Assembly: GCA_050302075.1 (NCBI GenBank)
Contig: JBNLAH010000002.1
Coordinates: 218,427 to 282,426, forward strand
Direction of reading: 5' to 3'
Length of the DNA stretch: 64,000 bases
DNA from: Parachlamydiales bacterium
GTDB lineage: Bacteria; Chlamydiota; Chlamydiia; Chlamydiales; SM23-39
Numbering within the stretch: position 1 is the first letter of the stretch; each line of letters begins with the position of its first letter. Positions 59,117 to 64,000 of this stretch are shown here, in pieces. Below the pieces are notes generated by a model. The model saw only the letters and a list, made by a program, of their open reading frames with translations. It was not told where the DNA came from and did no database searches. The position numbers and the translations under genes are program-made.

Positions 59117-59207
59117 TAATCATTGAAATGAAAGAATTTTGTTTTTATCATGTTCGCTATTTTTATGCTTGAAGAAAAGCAAACCTCAAAGTTTATAAGG
59201 AGCAAAT

Positions 59208-59780
59208 ATGAAAAAGCTAACTTTAATTTTTTTAGCATGCGCATCATTTCTAAAAATTGATGCAAATGCAACAAATGACTTTTATTTTAGTTTAACCCCA
59301 TACCATGCTGTAGATAATGAATATGTAGGTTCAGCTATAGGAGCATCCTTTGGAATTAAAGGAAGAGGAGAGTCTAATGGATATGATTTAGGTTTTGATG
59401 CTTATTACACAGATGAGGAAGAGCTTGCATTATATGGACAGGTTCAATATGTCTTTTATCCTATAGTCAAAAGTATTGTAAACCCGTATCTTGGAGTAGG
59501 TGTTAGTTTCCCAGTTTTATATATGTATGGAGACTTTCTAGCGTTTAATAAAAACCAAGCAGAGTACAATAATGATGAATATGATATATCTTGGAATCAA
59601 GGTTTGCTATTTTCAGTAAAATCAACAATTGGAATTACATATCCTTTGAGAGCTCTAAGGGGATTTACTGAATTTAGTTTTATGTATCCAACTGTCAATG
59701 GAACAACTCTAGAAATATATAAAAAAGAAAATATGAAATTACCTGATGCAATTAATATGAAAGTGGGTTTTCTTTTCTAA
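59208..59780 (+). CDS. Small outer-membrane beta-barrel protein (paralog 1)
   Basis: Signal peptide, alternating G/aromatic strands, NPYLGVG, C-terminal KVGFLF. Confidence 0.7.
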   Translation: MKKLTLIFLACASFLKIDANATNDFYFSLTPYHAVDNEYVGSAIGASFGIKGRGESNGYDLGFDAYYTDEEELALYGQVQYVFYPIVKSIVNPYLGVGVSFPVLYMYGDFLAFNKNQAEYNNDEYDISWNQGLLFSVKSTIGITYPLRALRGFTEFSFMYPTVNGTTLEIYKKENMKLPDAINMKVGFLF

Positions 59781-59794
59781 GTTTTATAAATCTT

Positions 59795-59835
59795 GAGGAG
59801 AAGTCTATTTAATAAAATTTAATGACTTTTCCTCA
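59795..59835 (+). terminator. Inverted repeat after barrel paralog 1
   Basis: GAGGAGAAGTC...GACTTTTCCTC near-perfect stem. Confidence 0.4.
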
Positions 59836-59950
59836 TTAAAAATATTTTAAATTTAATAAAAAATTGAAATAAATTTTCAAGTTTATTTATCATTAATATT
59901 CTGTTTTTTTGTGGGGTAAATATTACTCCAGAACTTCTAAGGATGTAATT

Positions 59951-60502
59951 ATGAAAAAACTTATTTTATCACTTTTATTATTTATTCCCTTTCTTAAAGC
60001 TGATGCAAAAATGAATAATGACTATTATTTCAGTTTTAATCCGAATATTATCTTAGATGACCTAACTATCCCGATGATAGGCAGTTCTTTTGGTGTAAAG
60101 GGTAAAGGTAAGTTTAATGGTTATGATGTAGGGTCTGAAGTTTATTTTTTGGGTGAAAAAGCTTTTTTACTATATGGACAAGTTCAATATATGTTTTATC
60201 CTTCTTACAGAGGAAAACTTAAACCTTACCTAGGTACAGGTATTAGCTTTCCAATGTTTGGCTTGTATAAAGATGATCTATCTATGTTTGGTAATAATAA
60301 ATATACCTTTGATTGGAACAGAAATTTTGTATTTGGATTAAAATCGACAGCTGGAATTTCATATCCATTAAAATCTAGTAAAGGATTTACAGAAATTGGC
60401 ATTTCATATCCCATGTTCAATGGAAAAGAGTTATATCTTTATAAAAAAGAAAGCAGAAAGATCCCCAATGCAATTAGCATGAAAATAGGTTTTCTTTTTT
60501 AA
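59951..60502 (+). CDS. Small outer-membrane beta-barrel protein (paralog 2)
   Basis: MKKLIL signal peptide, KPYLGTG, C-terminal KIGFLF; AGGA RBS; clear similarity to paralog 1. Confidence 0.7.
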   Translation: MKKLILSLLLFIPFLKADAKMNNDYYFSFNPNIILDDLTIPMIGSSFGVKGKGKFNGYDVGSEVYFLGEKAFLLYGQVQYMFYPSYRGKLKPYLGTGISFPMFGLYKDDLSMFGNNKYTFDWNRNFVFGLKSTAGISYPLKSSKGFTEIGISYPMFNGKELYLYKKESRKIPNAISMKIGFLF

Positions 60503-60551
60503 AGTTGTTGAGCTAAAAAACACTTAGTGTTAGTATTTAACTTCAAATTAT

Positions 60552-60624
60552 CGCGGGGTGGAGCAGTGGTTAGCTCGTTGGGCTCATAACCCAAAGGCCG
60601 GAGGTTCGAATCCTTCCCCCGCTA
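60552..60624 (+). tRNA. tRNA-fMet (CAT), initiator
   Basis: CGCGGGG... with C1:T72 mismatch; anticodon stem TTGGG-CTCATAA-CCCAA with three G-C pairs; GGTTCGAATCC. Confidence 0.95.
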
Positions 60625-60631
60625 TTTTTTT

Positions 60632-60705
60632 GGCGGCATAGCTCAGTTGGTTAGAGCAGCGGAATCATAATCCGCGTGTCGGCGGTTCGAATCCGTCTGC
60701 CGCTA
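60632..60705 (+). tRNA. tRNA-Met (CAT), probably elongator
   Basis: GGCGGCATAGCTCAGTTGGTTAGAGCAGCGGAATCATAATCCGC...GGTTCGAATCC...TGCCGCTA cloverleaf. Confidence 0.93.
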
Positions 60706-61059
60706 GTTTCCGCATTTCTCTCTTAAATTTATTTAAAATTCAAGTAAGTAAATAACTTTCTAATTTGGTAGACTTGTAATTCTATTTCTTAGATTTCTTG
60801 CAGTATGTAACTTGTGGTAATTTGGATTCTTTGCAAGTTCTTTTATCAAATTAACAGTCTCGGAGCCAAACCATATTTCATTAGACACGTCTCGATAGAA
60901 TATTACCAAATTGTAGAATCAGTTAGCCCTATTGGGCTCATTACGAACGCTTTATGAGTTATTTATTTTTTGATCTTAAAATCAGTAATTAATTGACTTT
61001 AATATCATGCTCTTTCATCTTCTTTTTTCTGCAATTAAAAAAAAGGATATAAATCTAAA

Positions 61060-62121
61060 ATGAGCTCTAGTTTAACCTGTAAACAAATTTTGCTAGTAGG
61101 GGAGGGGTCTTTTCTTTATACAGACTCCTTAGTATTTAAATACAAAAACGATTTAGCTGAACTGCCAAAAGCACTTACTAGTACAGAATTAAATAATAAT
61201 CCTTCAAAGGAAACAATATCGAGAATTGATCAATTAAAAAAAATTGGAGTAAAAATTATATTGGGCGTTGATGCTACAGAGCTACACACGAATTCCGATC
61301 TTAAAAATAAAAGATTTAAGCGGATTATGTGGGTTTGCCCCCATGCTGGTGGCTCTTACGTAGGACCAAATAACACTGAAGGAAAAACGTCAAAGGCTTT
61401 AGCTCTGTTTTTCTTTTCAGCAAGTCATCTACAAAAATCAGGTGATCAAATTCGTGTGGTCTTAGCTCAAGGCGATCGGAAAGAGTGGAGACAGAGTAAA
61501 GCATATGGAATTGTTAAAGCATCTCAGTCAGCTGGGTATGCGCTAGTACAAAAGAGAGATTTTGGCCCTAAGCGTTATCCAGGTTATGAGCATAGACAAA
61601 ATGGAAAAAGCATTGCAGCTAAAGCAGCTGTGAATAGATCTGTAGAATATATTTTTCAAAAAAGAATAAATATTGAAACAGTAAATAAAGCCATGAGTCT
61701 TTTTGGTTCTATTCCATTTGGAAATGAAGTTACAGAGGTTAGAATTATAAATATAATCCTATCATTATTAGAGTTGGACTTTTCAGATGCACCTTTATCT
61801 GATGGATCGATAGATTCCTTGTCGTTAGTCGAAAGTAACCTAGATAAATTAGCTGAAGAATCTCAAGTTTTGCTCGATGATCCAAACTCAGTAAAAAATG
61901 CTAATGCTATTAAAAAAGTTGCGGGTAAAGTTAAAAAGATGTTTAAAGTTCCTTCTGAAATCAGCCCCAAAAAGTTAAGGGGACTAGAATTTTTTCCAAG
62001 CCCCCAAAAAAATTACAGGAAACTTGATGAAATTTCTGGATCTCTAGAAGAATATCTTGATTCTGATTCTGAAATAGAACCCGATTCAGATACAGAAATG
62101 ACTAATGTCGAAAACTCATAG
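61060..62121 (+). CDS. Bmt5/DUF2431-like (25S rRNA m3U methyltransferase family) domain protein with acidic tail
   Basis: ILLVGEGSF..SL, LKKIGVKIILGVDAT.LH, RFKRIMWVCPHAG, YPGY. Confidence 0.75.
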   Translation: MSSSLTCKQILLVGEGSFLYTDSLVFKYKNDLAELPKALTSTELNNNPSKETISRIDQLKKIGVKIILGVDATELHTNSDLKNKRFKRIMWVCPHAGGSYVGPNNTEGKTSKALALFFFSASHLQKSGDQIRVVLAQGDRKEWRQSKAYGIVKASQSAGYALVQKRDFGPKRYPGYEHRQNGKSIAAKAAVNRSVEYIFQKRINIETVNKAMSLFGSIPFGNEVTEVRIINIILSLLELDFSDAPLSDGSIDSLSLVESNLDKLAEESQVLLDDPNSVKNANAIKKVAGKVKKMFKVPSEISPKKLRGLEFFPSPQKNYRKLDEISGSLEEYLDSDSEIEPDSDTEMTNVENS

Positions 62122-62140
62122 CGTTTTGTGATTAATTTAA

Positions 62141-62163
62141 AGAGGGGCTTTTTCACCCCCTCT
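62141..62163. terminator. Hairpin between the convergent Bmt5-like and EEP genes
   Basis: AGAGGGG-N9-CCCCTCT. Confidence 0.4.
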
Positions 62164-62459
62164 CATCCATCTTCAAAGGTTACTTGTTGCTAGAGATTTA
62201 TTTACTTCTTCTAATTTTTAATGCTTAAATTTTAGCTAAGTTCTGGGGATCAATTTGCTTTTTCTAACTCTAACTCTTGGATTGGCAAATAATTTGCCAA
62301 TAGATTTTTTACAATAAGCATCAACATTAAGTTATTAAATTGCTAATCCAAATTGTTAGTTATTACGGACATTTGGCGTGATAGGGAGTCATAATCCCCA
62401 TGATCTATGGTGAGAAAATTTCGAATGAAAAATGCATCATTAAAGCTTAAAATGACAAG

Positions 62460-63503
62460 TCATTTTCCCTTTGGACAGGAAGAAGCTGGTTCTTGCTCAC
62501 AGATCGTATTATTAAACGAATGAATGATTGTGTGAACATGCATCGGGGCGTGGTCTGAGGGAAAATTGTCTCGAAGGTCATTTCCATCTCTATCTACCAA
62601 GTATTCCTCAACTGATTGTGGATTTGAAGAGTCAGCTCCATTGTATTTATTAAGATTGATTGTTGCCTCATATTTGATGTTTGCAGAACAATTCATCACT
62701 TTGATCATCATGCGGTCAAGATGTGAGCCAATTTTTCCTTTTTCAGGAACAAACTTGTCATATTCAGGATAACCAACGAAAGTGCCATCGATAGGTAGGC
62801 CAGTTGTTGTCTTTAAAAGCTTAACATTGGTGAATCCAGCTTGCTCGTAAAGATCCAGTTCTTCAGAACCTCCATCGTCAGTGAAGCAGTTAAAATCTCC
62901 CATTACAGCTAGAATAGCTTTTTCTAGCCGAATAATCTTATGAACTTGGTCAATTAAGATCTTATGGTGTTGCATTCTTTCAGCATGTTTTAATCCTAAA
63001 TGTGTGTTTACAATATAGATGGGAATAGCAGAACAGTCGGGTTGCCTTACTCCGTCTACATTTATCGTTGGATAGTATTTTGCCATCAAGGTTACCCTTC
63101 CAAACCCATTACCCATAGGATCGCCGAATTTTTCAGGATTTTCAGGATTGTTCCACCATTGGTATGTGTTTGTGCGGTAATATAAATCACATTTATGGGC
63201 TATGGCCAATTTAAAGCTGCATCTGCCACCATTATTAGCGCAAAAGATTAAATCATAACCCTCTGGAGCTAGATTTTGAAGGAATTGATCTTCCAAGTAA
63301 TCTCTTTTTCCATCTTTGCCATCTTGGTCTCTAAGTTCCTGACAACAAAGAAATGTAGGCTTTGCATTTTTGATTGCTTCGAATATACGCGGAGATCGTG
63401 CAGCCCATCCATATTTTTCTAAAGAAGCTCCAGCTTCAACGATCCTGATCGGATTAGCGTTGCAGATATTATAGGTCATTGCATCGAAAGAAATTGGACT
63501 CAT
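62460..63503 (-). CDS. Endonuclease/exonuclease/phosphatase (EEP) family protein
   Basis: MTYNI, W..R, CCQE, NTHL, MGDFN, HLDR, PSDH. Confidence 0.85.
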   Translation of the reverse strand: MSPISFDAMTYNICNANPIRIVEAGASLEKYGWAARSPRIFEAIKNAKPTFLCCQELRDQDGKDGKRDYLEDQFLQNLAPEGYDLIFCANNGGRCSFKLAIAHKCDLYYRTNTYQWWNNPENPEKFGDPMGNGFGRVTLMAKYYPTINVDGVRQPDCSAIPIYIVNTHLGLKHAERMQHHKILIDQVHKIIRLEKAILAVMGDFNCFTDDGGSEELDLYEQAGFTNVKLLKTTTGLPIDGTFVGYPEYDKFVPEKGKIGSHLDRMMIKVMNCSANIKYEATINLNKYNGADSSNPQSVEEYLVDRDGNDLRDNFPSDHAPMHVHTIIHSFNNTICEQEPASSCPKGK

Positions 63504-63863
63504 TTTGTCCTCTTTTTATGTTTTTTACTTAAGGGCTGTTACTATAGCTGATAGGCATCATTTTCAGTATGAGGTTTTTTACATAAGCGATTTTTAATCA
63601 ATTTAACTTCTTATTTAGTTTTTAAGATTAGCAATGATCATTTAGATGGGTGAAGTGCCAGTTAAACATCAGAAATATAAAAATTAGAAATTTGGCAATA
63701 TTTATTCAACCTTGCTGACAATCATTAGGATGTGCTTAGAAGTTTAGGTTTCAAAGTAGTTGATTTGAAATAAGCCAAGGTTTTTCTATTTGAAGTCTTT
63801 TCATTATTAATTATTTTAAAAGCATCTAAAACTCTCTACTTTTTAAGTTAACTTGTGGTTTTT

Positions 63864-64000
63864 ATGTCAATCCAAGGATCTCCATCTGCTGCTATAGCTG
63901 TAGCCAACTCATCAAGTAACTCGCTTCAAAGGTCATCTCAAGAGCATGCTAGTGAGCCTAGCAAGATTACAGGTATAATTATAGATCTTCTAGGCAGAGA
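63864..64000 (+). CDS. Hypothetical protein N-terminus (runs off window end), Ser-rich
   Basis: MSIQGSPSAAIAVANSSSNSLQRSSQEHASEPSKITGIIIDLLGR, open to the window end. Confidence 0.5.
   Translation, partial: MSIQGSPSAAIAVANSSSNSLQRSSQEHASEPSKITGIIIDLLGR

Noticed and set aside
60725..60910. ~59-codon minus-strand open frame after the tRNAs
   Set aside because: No convincing start, RBS or recognisable motif
62383..62399. GGGA-GTCATAA-TCCC, resembling a CAT anticodon stem-loop (possible att scar of tRNA-Met enclosing the Bmt5-like gene)
   Set aside because: Only about 9 nt identical to the tRNA and no recognisable T arm or acceptor strand; compatible with chance
259..63185. Numerous 60-130 aa ORFs antisense to or nested within well-supported genes (e.g. 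259..513, 8522..8803, 22686..23087, 47992..48327, 55344..55607)
   Set aside because: Shadow ORFs of housekeeping genes with no motifs
1..64000. CRISPR arrays, rRNA, intact IS/transposase or integrase
   Set aside because: No regularly spaced repeats or corresponding protein motifs seen by eye

Overview
AT-rich chromosomal segment of an environmental member of Chlamydiae. The assignment rests on chlamydia-type gene order (dxs-xseB-xseA/tpiA-secG-def, a CT350/CT351-like pair, a CT421-CT425-like block with the PVC small basic signature protein, kdsB-pyrG-yqgF-zwf, leuS-waaA, rpmG-lolE-lolD), a three-domain IspG and a PPi-dependent PFK. Lineage-specific genes are inserted into this housekeeping backbone. 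The most striking are three genes for eukaryote-like tandem CCCH zinc-finger proteins (tristetraprolin/ZFP36-like, with YKTxLC lead-ins) that split the lolE-lolD pair. Others are a CMGC-like Ser/Thr kinase, a Bmt5/DUF2431-like rRNA methyltransferase, an EEP-family hydrolase, orphan ORFs and tandem outer-membrane-barrel paralogs. A decayed island at ~12.9-14.8 kb holds a 3'-half tRNA(CAT) att-like scar, a DUF6602-like nuclease, a YhcG pseudogene and a truncated pentapeptide-repeat gene. Two intact tRNA-Met genes lie at ~60.6 kb. No CRISPR array, rRNA or intact transposase/integrase was seen. All family calls come from motif recognition by eye, not database searches.
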